Shown: positions 52,801-64,000 of the stretch, piece by piece
Layout of the letters: each line of letters opens with the position of its first letter
How positions within the stretch are numbered: position 1 is the stretch's first letter
NCBI GenBank assembly: GCA_043228905.1
Contig: JBHGNT010000010.1
Span: forward strand, 16,926,001-16,990,000
Direction of reading: 5' to 3'
DNA length: 64,000 bases
Origin: Azolla caroliniana
Taxonomy: Eukaryota > Plantae > Polypodiophyta
Notes under the pieces: generated by a model
Told to the model about the DNA's origin: nothing
Seen by the model: only the letters and a program-made list of their open reading frames with translations
Databases searched by the model: none
Program-made: the position numbers and the translations under genes

Positions 52801-54973
52801 TAAAGGCAAGGAAGAATCAAAAGAGGAGAGATGGGCTTGTACATGTCAAGAGTAGATGTCAGCGAGCTCATGCTTGAAATGTATTATGGTGTGATGGGTT
52901 GGTTGACTAGAGTTGGTGGTGTGGGAGATGTCACATTTTAGCTCAAAGTATAGGAAGCTATGGTTTGCACCAATGGGGCATGGGGCCACTCGGAAGGAGT
53001 TAACCATGTGGGTAGCTTCAGGGCATCCTAAATTGTGCTTTCCCCTCCTCCATGTGGGAAACATGTGAGCTCTTTCGAGGCCGGCCACTTGGCTAAGCCA
53101 TTATATATGATCATCTGGTGTTGGCTTCCAAGTTCAAGCAGATGATGGCCAAAGCTTGTGGCGTCCGCACCTTGATCTTTTGATGTACGTGTTATGCCTA
53201 AGGCTAAAGGGTCGACATTCACCATTTCTAAGTTTCTATCCATCTGAAATATTGTGCATTGTCGGGATTGGGTTCTCGCATTAAAATCCCCTACAAGGAA
53301 GACTTCCCCTTGAGAAGAATATCGGATAATGTCATCCGATAAAGGTTTGTATGGAGAAGGCCCATGTGGCATTCCTTCATCAACTATACTCGCCTCTCCA
53401 ACCGTATTATACCGGGATCCTTTTGGGGGGAAGTAACAAATGGCGATAAATATCACATGATCCTTGCTAGTGAGGATTTTCACCCACATAAAACGGGCTT
53501 CTGGGTCTTTCTTTAGTATTTCTATCCTATTATGTATCTCTCTCCGAAGTAATATCGTAACCCCTCCAGACCCTCTAGTAGTGTGTCGACGTGATGTTTG
53601 TCTAAAGACAGATTCCCAACGAAAACCATCAACTCGTGGTAGTCCTCGATTTGGACTCTGATGTGTTTCTACTAAAAAAAGAATATCAGATACCTTCAAA
53701 ATGTCCTCTAGATGGCCAGGGTGTGTCCAAAGTGCACCGTTACAATCCCATAAGGTCATCCTAAGTTTATTGTCTGTCACTGGGCCACACGCCGTCAATT
53801 GGCGGCACGATCATTAATTATCACACATTCGTCTCAGTAAAAAGCACGATGCCCCCTCTTTACGAGCTTGTATGACTCGTGGCATACAAGTTTTATGATG
53901 CTCAATTTGCATCTTGGTCAAGTCTTCATCGAGGTAGATAGGGTCCCCGCCCAATCCTCGAAGAATTAGTCTCTTTTTAAAAAAGGTGATCCTAGATTCT
54001 GAGTCCTTAAACTGAAGGACTAAACTCTTTTCCTAGTGGTGTCAGGTCCTACTCTCCAAGTTTTAGTGATTGGTAGGGCTTCGTACCCCAACATCTTCCC
54101 TAATGTTTGTGCATCTTCGTCGGGAGATGCCCCTTCATTGAGCCTAGTAACTCTTACGTTTAAGCGTCGAGCTTGACACATTTTTTCCTCCTCAAGGGTG
54201 GTGTTTACAATATTTTCATCCTTTAGTTCCTTTTTAATATAATTTACGTTTTACTACATCAACCCACCCAGTTTTTGCTAATTCCATATCGCTTTTAACC
54301 TCTTCCTTAACCTTTTTTATCTCATCCTTAATATCCTCTAGGGAAGATATTTCACCATCTTCTCTAGATGTCTCAAGGTCCTTAACTTATTTTTGAAGGT
54401 TCACGTTGTCTTCCTTAAGTTTCACTATTTCAGCAATAAGTAGTTCTTTTTCTTCCTTATCTTTTTGTTTATGAACTTCGATCTCATTTGCCCATTTTTC
54501 CATTTTAACTAACCGGTTAAGGACATCGAAAAATTCTTCCTTACTTATAATTTCGTCGTGTGTTTCCTTATGGTTTCGTCGAGAAGTCATGTTGTAATTC
54601 AAAAGATAAAAGAAAGAAAAAGTCAAAAAGGACAGAAAAACTTAGCCGAGCATCGATGTCTTGCGCGCTAGGTAGAAGTGTAGAAGCACATTTGTACTGT
54701 CTCGTCTATGCAACCGACGACGTCGTAAGAGGTGTAGGTGACAACGACGGTCGACAACGGCAATTGTGCCACAAACCAAACAACGACGAAGGACAACAAC
54801 GGCAAATGACGACGTCAAATTGCGACGACGGTAGACGACGATTACAGTGACAGTCGACGACCATGGCTGCAACGACAGACAGCGGTGACAACGACAGACC
54901 ATGACGATAGACAGACAGACCATGGCAGCAATGACAGCTACGACGACGCCTGCCGACGGAAAAAAGAGCCGTT
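49838..54973 (-). mobile_element. RTEX-like non-LTR retrotransposon copy A (ORF1 54590-53795; ORF2 APE-RT-Zn 53759-50067), multiply frameshifted
   Basis: APE (TLWDCNG, LVETH, LVGDFNART), RT (EQAGFR, GVKQGCPLS, LLYVDDIV, YVYLGV) and C-terminal LRISSHQLEIENGR...RLCRLC...EDEYHF..KCP.Y. The 3' tail is (CTTT)n(CT)n at 49838-49903. The clade call is inferred from the ORF1 plus this C-terminal motif. Confidence 0.88.
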
Positions 54974-55193
54974 GAGAGAGAGAGAAAGAAAGAAAGAAAG
55001 AAAGAAAGATGTATTAACGTCTTCTAAGGCCAAATTTGGCCCATGAGACAATTGGTTTACAACAATAGAGTATTTATCCAATCATCATAACTAAAATAAA
55101 ATTAAGTAAAAAAAAATAGAACTTAAACTAAAAGAGTTCTAGTAGTGTACAAGCTGTAGTATACTCGAAAGTGACTATACACTAAGCCTAATT

Positions 55194-58100
55194 TTATTTC
55201 CACCCAAGCCTCTCGAAAAGAAGTGGGGGGTCAAAGGGTCTTGATGTGGGTTCCAATGTAGAGAGTGCCCTAGTCATGGCTTCTAGGCGGTGTAGCTCAC
55301 GTTCCCTTATTTTCAATATTGCTTCCACATCACATTGAGTTGCTTTGAAACCCGGCACCCGAGGACGTCTGGTTCTTCTCTGGTTTTCTGCCTCGTCAAT
55401 GGAAAGGCCGAGTGGTGCAAGTGTGTCAGCATTCGTTGTCTCCTCAGGTTCTTGAAAAACTGCATTTGTTACATGTTCGTGATCATTAGCAACATTATTG
55501 TCAACATTTTGTAATTTATTCTCTCTGTGTTGTTTTAGCTCTAGAATGTATTTGCCTAATTTCTTTATATCTAGAGTATCTAATAGTTTGGGGAGGGTGG
55601 GAGACGGACCAAGTATGTCTTGGTATTTTTCCCTTATCTTGGCATAGGTTGGACACTTGCATGTAAAGTGGTACTCATCCTCTATCTCTATGTGACATAA
55701 CCTACATATCCTTTCCTCCCTAGGGACTCCACTAGTACGGCCATTTTCAATCTCAAGTTGGTGAGATGATATTCTAAGTTGTCCAATGGCAACCCTTAGT
55801 GCATGTGGTAAGAATACATCTAGATATTTTGGCCGCGTGATAAAACCTAACTCAGAGAAGTGCATGAAGTGTTTCCTATAGTACGACATTTTAGATGGGA
55901 GTGGCTCTAGTGGGGTGATCCATTTACACCGAGTGTAAATTTGCCATATTTCTTGGCGTATTACTTTATTGCGGTTCTCATGAGAGATTAAGGTGTTATC
56001 ACTCGTGTGGTTGTACCTAAGGGGAGGTAGGTTATTAATGTCTAGACCATTCGCAAGAAGCCAAGTCACCATCATGCCATACCATGAGCTAGTATAGCCG
56101 GACTCATACAATGATCGAGAGGCCTTAAAGGCTTGATGAGATATTCTATCATGTGGTTGGCTATGTATCCTATCAATAAAGACTACAAGTTGAAAAAGTG
56201 CCTCTACTAGCATTGGGGGTAACGTGAACTCGGCCCTAATAATGTCATGTGGTACAATCGATTTGCTTCGGAGTTGGCGTGATAGCATCATCACCAATGG
56301 TCTCTCTAATTGCGTCCACATGAAGGATGGTAATCCTGGAGCCCAAACCTCTGATGCATAGATTAGGGAGGGGGTCACTAATGAGTCAAAGAGCCACCCT
56401 TTAGTCCGTGGCTCTTGAAAGTGTGCTTGGTGGCATTGTCTCTCTAGGAGTGAGAGGGATGCATGTCCTCTCGTGAGTCTATCCTTCGCTGCCTGTGTCA
56501 TCGAAAATTTACCTGAGTGGGCACTAAAAGTGACTCCGAGATAGACGTACGATCCAACCACCTCAACTGGGCTATGGGAGATAGTTAGGTGACACTTAGC
56601 TCTAACTTGGGCCGATGTGTGGAAGATAAGGACTTTCGTTTTCCCTAGATTCACTACCAATCCTCGTTGTACACAAAAGTCATCTAAGGCATTAAGGTGC
56701 CTCTGTAGGTCGTGTTTGGATTCAGAGAGCAAAAGTATGTCATCCGCATAGAGCAAGATACGAACCTGCGTATCCCCAAGGACCACTCCGGTGCCTCCCT
56801 CACGAGCAATAAAATCTGTGATCTCATCAATGTAGATCCCAAAAAGCGTCGGTGATAGGGGGCAACCTTGTTTTACACCAATAGTGCTAGTGAAACGATT
56901 GGATAGGCCACCTGGGCATCGGACACACCCGGACACTTGTTCATATAGTGCGTAGATGGCCCATACCATATCATCTGGTATCCTCAAGCTTTTAAGTCTA
57001 TCAGACAACCGATCTCTAGGGACTGTGTCAAAGGCTTTGCGGAAGTCCACAAAACAACAATATAATCTCTTCTTGCGAGCCCTAGTTTGGTCAATTAGGC
57101 ATCTAAGTGTGAAGATGTGATCAATAGTGGAGAAGGCTCGTCTAAAGCCAGCTTGTTCAGGTGCACGAAGGTTTAGGGTCTCCATGTAGTCGCTAAGCTC
57201 TGCTTCCATTACTGCACCATATAACTTAGCAAGGGTATGGCCTATCATAATGGTCCTATATGTATTTGGGTCCATGGGGTCCCCCCCTTTATGTATGGGG
57301 GTCACTGTATTCATAGTCCACTGTGGTGGAAAACCCTCTGCAAGGGCACGATTGAAGATTAGAGTTAGCAAGGGAGCTAGGCACTCTCTTGCATATATAA
57401 TGTGTTCTGCTCGCAATCCTGTGTGGTCCATGGACTTCCTATGTTGTAATTTCTTTATGACCTTCATGACACCCTAGAGGTCGTGAAAAGTGTTCCCGTG
57501 GTAGGCCGGGGTGTGGAAGGCATTGGAAAAGGTGGTTGGTTTGGGATTTGGTAAAGTCTCTCTGTATATGTGTGCCAAGTTTCGGGATCTTCGATGGGTG
57601 TTTGTGGTCTTGGCTCCCGTAGTCTCTTCCATGCCGTGGCGCAATCGCTACTCATGAGCATATGGTAGAGTTCCCAGTATTGGGATGCCTCCCACGCTCG
57701 TCTCTTACGACGTGTCATCTTACGCATTTCTTTGCGAGCTTGTATGGAGGTAATACTACCATTGAGTTGCGATACTGTAAGTTGTCTATGTAGGTCCCTA
57801 CAATCCTCATCATACCATTTATTTTGTGGCATTGATCCTGATCTACCTTGATTTGAGTGTTTTGTATATGGGAAATTGCTAGCTGCTGCGGAGTGAAGGA
57901 TGTGTGTGAGTTTTGTACTAAGGCTTTCTAACGGTAGAGAGGGATCAATGGAGGGGAGATGGGCCTGAACATGTTGAGAGTATATGTCAGAGAGCTCACG
58001 TGTGAAATGTATTGTGGTGTGATGGCATGGTTGACTAGACTTGGTGACCTTAGAGATATCACATTTTAGCTCGAAGTATAAGAAACTATGGTCTGCGCCA

Positions 58101-58897
58101 ATAGGGCATGGGGCCACTCGGAAGGAGTTAATCATGTGGGTAGCTTCCGGGCGCCCTATTAGATAGTCAACTGTGCTTTCCCCTCCTCCATGTGGGAAAC
58201 ATGTGAGCTCTTCCGAGCCCGGCCACTTAGCTAAACCATTATATATGACCATCTGGTGCCGACTGCCAAGTTCGAGCAGATGATGGCCAAAGCTCGTGGC
58301 GTCCGCACCTTGATCCTTTGATCTACGTGTGGTGCCTATGTCTAAAGGATCAACATTTACCATTTCTAGGTTTCTATTCATCTGAAATATTGTGCATTGT
58401 CGGGATTGGGTTCTCGCATTGAAGTCTCCTACAAGAAATACTTCTCCTTGGGAAGAATATCGGATTATGTCATCCGATAGGGGTTCGTATGGAGAAGGCC
58501 CATGTGGCATTCCATCATCGACTAATCTCGTCAAGCCACTAATATTATAACGGGATCCTTTTGGGGGAAAGTAACAAATGGCGAAAAATACTGCATAGTC
58601 TTTGCTTGTGGAGACTTTCACCCACATAAAACGAGCTTCTGGGTCTATCTTCATTATTTCTATCCTATTATGTAGCTCTCTACGAAATAGTATCGCGACA
58701 CCTCCAGATCCCCTAGTAGTGTGTCGACGTGAGGTTTGTCTAAAAGCGGACTCCCAACGGAATCCTTCGACCCGTGGGAGTCCTCTATTTGGGCTCTGAT
58801 GTGTTTCTACCAAGAAAAGTATATCAGATACCTTTAGTATCTCCTCTAGGCGGCCGGGGTGTGCCCAGAGTGCGCCATTACAATTCCATAGGGTCAT
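55194..58897 (-). pseudogene. Copy B ORF2: AP endonuclease + reverse transcriptase + C-terminal Zn motif; single 2-nt frameshift at ~57466
   Basis: ORFs 57464-58927 and 55194-57467 join if the extra GT is removed (copy A reads TSRVTKVI across this point). LLYADD catalytic motif. Confidence 0.92.
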
Positions 58898-58933
58898 CCT
58901 AAGTGCATTTTCTGTCACATGGGCCACACGCCG

Positions 58934-59746
58934 TCAGTTAGTAGTGCGATCATTTATGATCACTCGTCCGTCTCGGTAAAAGGCGCGATGGCCTTCTTTA
59001 CGAGCTTGCATAACTCGTGGCATACAACTCTTGCGATGCTCAATTTGCATCTTAGTGAGGTCTTCATCGAGATAGATGGGGTCCCCATCCATTCCTCGAA
59101 GGATTGGTCTCTTCTTAAAGAAAGTGATTCTAGAGTCTTAGTCTTTAAATTGAAGGACTAAGGCTCTCTTCCTAGTTGTGTCACGCCCGGCCCTCCATGC
59201 TTTGGTGATAGGTAGGGCCTCTGTGTACCCTAACATTTTCCCAAGTGTTTGTGCATCCTCATTTGGGGATGCACCTTCCTTGAGCCCAGTGACACGTACA
59301 TTTAAGCGTCGGGCCTGACGCATTTTCTCTTCTTCGAGGGTGGTATTAACAATATTTTCATCTTTTATTTCTTTTTTAATGTTTCTTTTAACCACATCTA
59401 CCCAACCCGTTTTAGCTAACTCTATGTTATTATTAACTTCCTCTTTGACTTTTTTAATTTCGTCCTTTATATCCTCTATAGAGGATATTTCACCTTCTTC
59501 TCGAGATACCTCGATGTCCTTAAGTTGTTTTTTAAGGTCGATGTTTTCTACTTTAAGTTGTTCTATTTCGGCCTTGAGGGCGTCTTTTTCCTCTCTATCT
59601 TTTTTCTTGTGGGTTTCGGTGTCTTTCACCCATTTTTTCATATCCATCTCTATTTTTGTTAAACGATTAAACATATCTAAAAAGTCCTCCTTACCTATAG
59701 CCTCGTCTTGTATATCCTTAAGTTCCTTAGTCCGTCTAGACGTCAT
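58934..59746 (-). pseudogene. Copy B ORF1 (coiled coil + RRM/CTD-like), in-frame TAA at 59138-59140
   Basis: MTSRRTKE, a coiled coil, then RRLNVRVTGL...LVLQFKD*DSRITFF...DPIYLDEDLTKMQ...RAFYRDGRVIIN. Copy A has Ser at the stop position. Confidence 0.85.
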
Positions 59747-60467
59747 TGTGGTGTCAATAAGAAAAAAAAAGGTAAAATAAATGGGTTCGAGACTTAGCCG
59801 AGTTTGTGTGTGTGTCGCAATCACATCGGCATTTTGTAGCACGCGACGAGCACACCAAAAGAACCCACCCACGAACTCGTCGAGAAAAAGGCACTTCACC
59901 ACATCAAGAGAAAACAGAGAAGAAAACACCCCGTGACGGCGACGGTGACGGTGGCAGTCGTCAAACGACGGTAGACGACGGCAGCAGACGGCCGACGACG
60001 GCAACAGACGGCAGACGGCGGCAACAGACAGCAGAAGACGGTAGACGACTGCAGACTGTAGAAGGCAGCTGCAGACGGTGGTAGACGGCAACGGCCGCAG
60101 ATAACGACAGCGACGACGACGACGACGGCGACGACAATAGCCGGCGACAGAGAGAGACGAGGAAGCGAGCGAGAGAGAGAGAGAGCAGACGGCGACGGTT
60201 GCAGTGGCTGCAGAGCAGAGAGCATAGACAACAAAGGGAGAGAGAGAGAGGAGGAAAAAAAGCGATGACGTTCCAAGAATAGTGTTGAAACACGTTTCTG
60301 ATGTAACTTTGTACTCAAAACTCCGATTTTTATGATTTTTGGCTCGTTGCGAAGCTCGTTCAGAGATATTTCCAAGGACTATTTGGACACTAAGTTTCAT
60401 TATCGTTACAAGAAGCTAAAAGAAAAATCGTCATCGTCTCAGGTTAGTTCTCTCAATCTATGTTAAG

Positions 60468-61733
60468 ATGGCTGACACAACAACAGGAAGTGAGTTGATG
60501 ATTGTTGATGGATGTGGTAGTAATGATGGTTGTGAAAATTACAAGAGGCAAAAGTGTATCGATTCTACAGAACATGAGAAAACATCATATGTTGCTATTC
60601 TTGGTGGGAAAGATGTTATTGGAGATGATTATAATATTGATAGTCGTTGTGATTTTGTTAAGGCTTTGCTTTCTGATTTTATGGAACAAAATGAGAAAGA
60701 TGCTAAAGATTGTGTGGAGGAGGATGTTGTAGAGGTGGTGATGGAGACAAAGTCTATGTTAGCAACTTTTGACAGGTTCTATGATCATGGTGTTATTTTG
60801 TATTTCCCTAACAAACTTCCTTTGGTATTATGGATTAAGCAGCGGTTGAATTCATTCATAATGCCTAATTGTGTTGAGGATGTCTATGTGGGTCCAAGAG
60901 ATTTCTATGATGTGGTTTTTCGATCGTTAGAACATTGTATGACTTTGATGGCAAAGGTACCAATCTTTTTTTATAGAAGATTAGTGCATGTGATGGAATG
61001 GATTCCGGTGGTGGATTATAAAGATTTATTAAAACAACAATGTCCAATTTGGGTGACCGTTGATTATAGTAACTCATTCTTTTGGGATTTACTACCAGGG
61101 TTGATGTCTCAAATTGGTAAAGTTTTGGTTGCTCCCCATGTTAATTTGTTGAACAAATGTAGATTTTGCATGTTATGGGATACAAGTTGTAAACTTCTAG
61201 GATGGTTGAGTATAGATACATCTCAATTTGGTCGATTTCTTTTTAAGCTTCAATGGGAGACCTTTGCAGGACATTGTTTTAAATGTGGTAAATTGAAGCA
61301 TTTTATGGCTGAATGCCAATCTCATGGTGAACTATCCCTAGAAAATAATGTCAAAGGGAAAAATAAGGAAGATGTTGAGAAAGATATTGTCTCAATGGTT
61401 GATATGGTTATGGATGAGGGAACATCTCATGGGTTAGAGCAAGATCCTAAAGTTCATGGTCATGTTAGAGGTGTTGGGGAGGAGAATGGAGTATGCATTA
61501 ATGATATCCCAGATGTTGAAGATGGAGAGTGGCATCAAGTGAAGCATAAGATAAAAGGGAAGGGTGTTGTCATTCAAAGGGACACAAAAAATACTAATGG
61601 TAAGGCATTACCAAAAGAAAATTTGAGATTGAATGAGGGGTTTAAGAAAAATCCTTGGCAGAAACAAGTGCGAAATCAGATATTATCCAACAAATTAAAA
61701 TTTGATTCTTTAGGAAGGGTGGTACGACCTTAA
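60468..61733 (+). CDS. L1-clade LINE ORF1 (DUF4283-like RRM region + CX2CX4HX4C knuckle)
   Basis: 421-aa ORF with FYDVVF, VMEW.P, PIWVT, IGKVL and HCFKCGKLKHFMAEC. Followed by an APE domain. Confidence 0.8.
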   Translation: MADTTTGSELMIVDGCGSNDGCENYKRQKCIDSTEHEKTSYVAILGGKDVIGDDYNIDSRCDFVKALLSDFMEQNEKDAKDCVEEDVVEVVMETKSMLATFDRFYDHGVILYFPNKLPLVLWIKQRLNSFIMPNCVEDVYVGPRDFYDVVFRSLEHCMTLMAKVPIFFYRRLVHVMEWIPVVDYKDLLKQQCPIWVTVDYSNSFFWDLLPGLMSQIGKVLVAPHVNLLNKCRFCMLWDTSCKLLGWLSIDTSQFGRFLFKLQWETFAGHCFKCGKLKHFMAECQSHGELSLENNVKGKNKEDVEKDIVSMVDMVMDEGTSHGLEQDPKVHGHVRGVGEENGVCINDIPDVEDGEWHQVKHKIKGKGVVIQRDTKNTNGKALPKENLRLNEGFKKNPWQKQVRNQILSNKLKFDSLGRVVRP

Positions 61734-61894
61734 TTAAATCAAGGACTTCGTTCTCGTGGAGCTAGACAACAAAACCCTAATATTGTTGGAGGGGATGTAG
61801 TACACATGAATCCGTATGCAACTCTTGAATAAGTAGTTAGTACATTCATGAATACACTTGCTCATAAAGAGCAAGTTCTTACTAAAGGTGTTAA

Positions 61895-62730
61895 ATGAAA
61901 GTAGTATCATGGAATGTGTGAGGGACATCTTCTCCTCATAAGAAATATATAATTATGGAAAACTTTATTTGATAAAGAATGGGATGTTTTATGTGTAGTT
62001 GAACATAAGTGTCATGATTTAGCAGGATCTGTGTTACATTTGCGTGGATATTCCGCATATTATGCAGGATAGTTATCACATCATTACTCAGGGGTTGTCA
62101 TGATTATTCGTGATTTGTTTTGCCCAAATATATTCTATAACGATCCATGTGGACGTTTTTTGGTGATGGAAGTCAAGTATTTTGAGGATTTGATATGGTT
62201 GGTAGGAATCTATGCACCTGATTATTAGTGGACTGTGTTGGTATGATAATGGGTGATTTTAATATGTGTGTTGATGCTTCACAATCTACTTCACTATTCT
62301 CATTGATGGATTCTCTTGAGCTAGCAGTTTGGGACAAATTAGCATCAAAGGTTTTGAAGTTGGATGTATGGAAATGGTTGCATCAAGATGATGTTGGGTT
62401 TACATTTCAGTCTATGCAATATAAGGAAACATGGAGTAGGTTAGATAGAATGTATGTTATGCATGATGACTCCTTTTTGCCAAATATGTTTAATATGTCA
62501 ATTATGCAAGAGGTTGTGACATCGGATCATTTTCCCATATATTTTGAGTTCAATAAACATGGGGTAGATATGTACAAAACATTGCTTGATCGAGTTCCTT
62601 TGAGGTTTAATTATTCTTTATTATTACATTCCTTATTTGATGCCTATATGCAACAAATTTTTGGCATGTTATCAAAACAAGTTATTTCAAAAGGATGGCA
62701 TGCATGGGATACAACACTACAAAACATCGA
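61895..62730 (+). pseudogene. L1-clade ORF2 AP-endonuclease fragment, truncated
   Basis: MKVVSWNV*G, DVLCVVEHK, DPCGRFL, GIYAP, IMGDFNM, SRLDRMYV, SDHFPI. Confidence 0.85.
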
Positions 62731-63696
62731 TGATATTCACCGTCTGTATGGTATCATAACAAGTTATTTCAAAAGAATGGCACGCATGGACCCGGAGATA
62801 GAAGTAGTGGCCGAACAGGCCACGGAGCCAAAGCTAGAGGAAGTGGTGCAAGAAGCTATGTCGGTAGTTGCAGACCAACGACTAGGTTTTTCGGCCGAGC
62901 TCCACCTATACTAGTTGAAGCAAGAATAGGCAACTCAACAAGACGTCGCCCAAGAAGTCGTATTAGAATTTGCAAACCAAGGGCTAGAATTGTCGGACGA
63001 GCCGGAGCAAGTGGAGAGACTCATGGCAATTTTGGAGGAGAAATAAGTGTATCATAGCATTTTCGATTTCGATTGTTTTGGTTGGTTTTGGGTTTGACGC
63101 GTAAGGCACTATCCCATGGGTGTGCCAAGTGTTAACTGTGGGACAAAAGGCACGAGGTGTGGAAAGAATCTTAAAGAAAGAGTGTGGAAAAGAACACGCA
63201 GGTCATGTGTGAAAAGAGGAAAAGAGCCGAGCACTAGCAACCGAAGGGGAAGGCAACCGAAATACATGTAGTTCTGAATAAATGTCGAGAATCAGGAAAG
63301 AGTAGTGGAAGCGCAAGAAGAGGAGAGGAGGCTATATAAATCAAGAAGTAGCAAAAGCAAGGAGAACGAAATATATCCCTAATTCGAGCTAGAGTGCTTG
63401 AGTTTTAGACCTGTAGTATGAGAGTGAGAGGTACCGACTTTACTCGGTTTTGTAATACCAGTGGATCATCTATTCAGTAATCAATTTCATAGACGTATTA
63501 GATTTATCCTTTGCTTGTTTCATCTTAAGTTTTATTGTGATTGTGTTATCCCTTTTAAAAGTCGTGAGTATGAATCGGTTGAAGCCGATTCTCAGAGTGT
63601 ACAACCCAAGAAGGTGTAATGTTCAGCCCCTACTTGGCTCTACCCTAGTCCCTTACGCGACAACGATTCGTTGACCCGATTACTACGGAAGAGTCA
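62731..63696 (+). mobile_element. LTR-like insertion (TGA...TCA) with candidate 4-bp TSD tcga
   Basis: tcga at 62727-62730 and 63697-63700, TATA box ggctatataaa at ~63330, and an internal TG...CA inverted-repeat-bounded segment at 63095-63662. Confidence 0.45.
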
Positions 63697-63779
63697 TCGA
63701 AGGTGTTTCTCCAAGAGAGAGAGAACCAATAATTCATTTATAATTTCTCCACATAAGCCAAACACTTCATAGCTCACAT

Positions 63780-64000
63780 TCACAAGGATCAACCATAATT
63801 TCAATGTTAGACTTTAGAGGCTCAGCAAGCATTTGAGATATTGAAGGTAGCTTTAAGAAAGGCCCCTATCATTGTCTATCTTGATCTCCTCAACTCAACA
63901 ATAGTTCCTCTATATGCGATGATTGGAACTAGTTGACAATCAACCATGGGTTCTTGCATTTCCAGAACAATTGCATTTATGTCCTTGATAGATGGAGTCG
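63780..64000 (+). mobile_element. Degraded Gypsy-like RT/RNaseH connection fragment
   Basis: AQQAFEILKVALRKAPIIVY at ~63820-63880. Confidence 0.5.

Larger units (their letters stand above)
54974..60260 (-). mobile_element. RTEX-like non-LTR retrotransposon copy B, near full-length
   Basis: GC-rich 5' UTR with CGT/CT repeats, ORF1, ORF2 and a 3' UTR colinear with copy A. Tail (CTTT)n(CT)n at 54974-55008. The 5' boundary is approximate. Confidence 0.9.

Noticed and set aside
59747-60400. Long Cys/Arg/Ser-rich N-terminal extension of the 420-aa ORF and overlapping ORFs
   Set aside because: This is a low-complexity GC-rich LINE 5' UTR that lacks stops by composition. Homology with copy A's ORF1 starts at MTSRR.

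Overview
This is eukaryotic land-plant genomic DNA; the intron-rich genes and TE families look fern/lycophyte-like, though the taxon is only an inference. No prokaryotic operon, CRISPR array or rRNA is present. Three spliced genes lie on the minus strand. (1) A 3-exon condensation/alcohol-acetyltransferase-like gene (1406-5932) carries an in-frame 33-bp coding minisatellite. (2) A 9-exon UBX/thioredoxin-like PUX11-type gene spans 15319-24736. (3) A complete 30-exon clathrin heavy chain gene spans 29099-39925. The rest is dense in transposons: several 5'-truncated L1-clade LINEs with clear TSDs (one with a twin-priming-type inversion, one caught in a ~550-bp fold-back palindrome), copia remnants in PUX introns, and an 801-bp non-autonomous hAT element upstream of CHC. 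A compact Ty3/Gypsy element with identical LTRs, a 4-bp TSD, a tRNA-Ala-like PBS and a -1 frameshift signal is nested in a Mutator-like element. Two head-to-tail RTEX-like LINEs are anchored on (CT)n/(CTTT)n tracts, and an L1 5' half is interrupted by LTR-like DNA. The most interesting observations concern retroelement mechanics: a shared cUUCGg 3' hairpin with a non-L1 passenger, a UGA-CGG ORF1/ORF2 junction with possible self-targeted tandem RTEX insertion, twin priming, and fold-back repair. All coordinates were read by hand.
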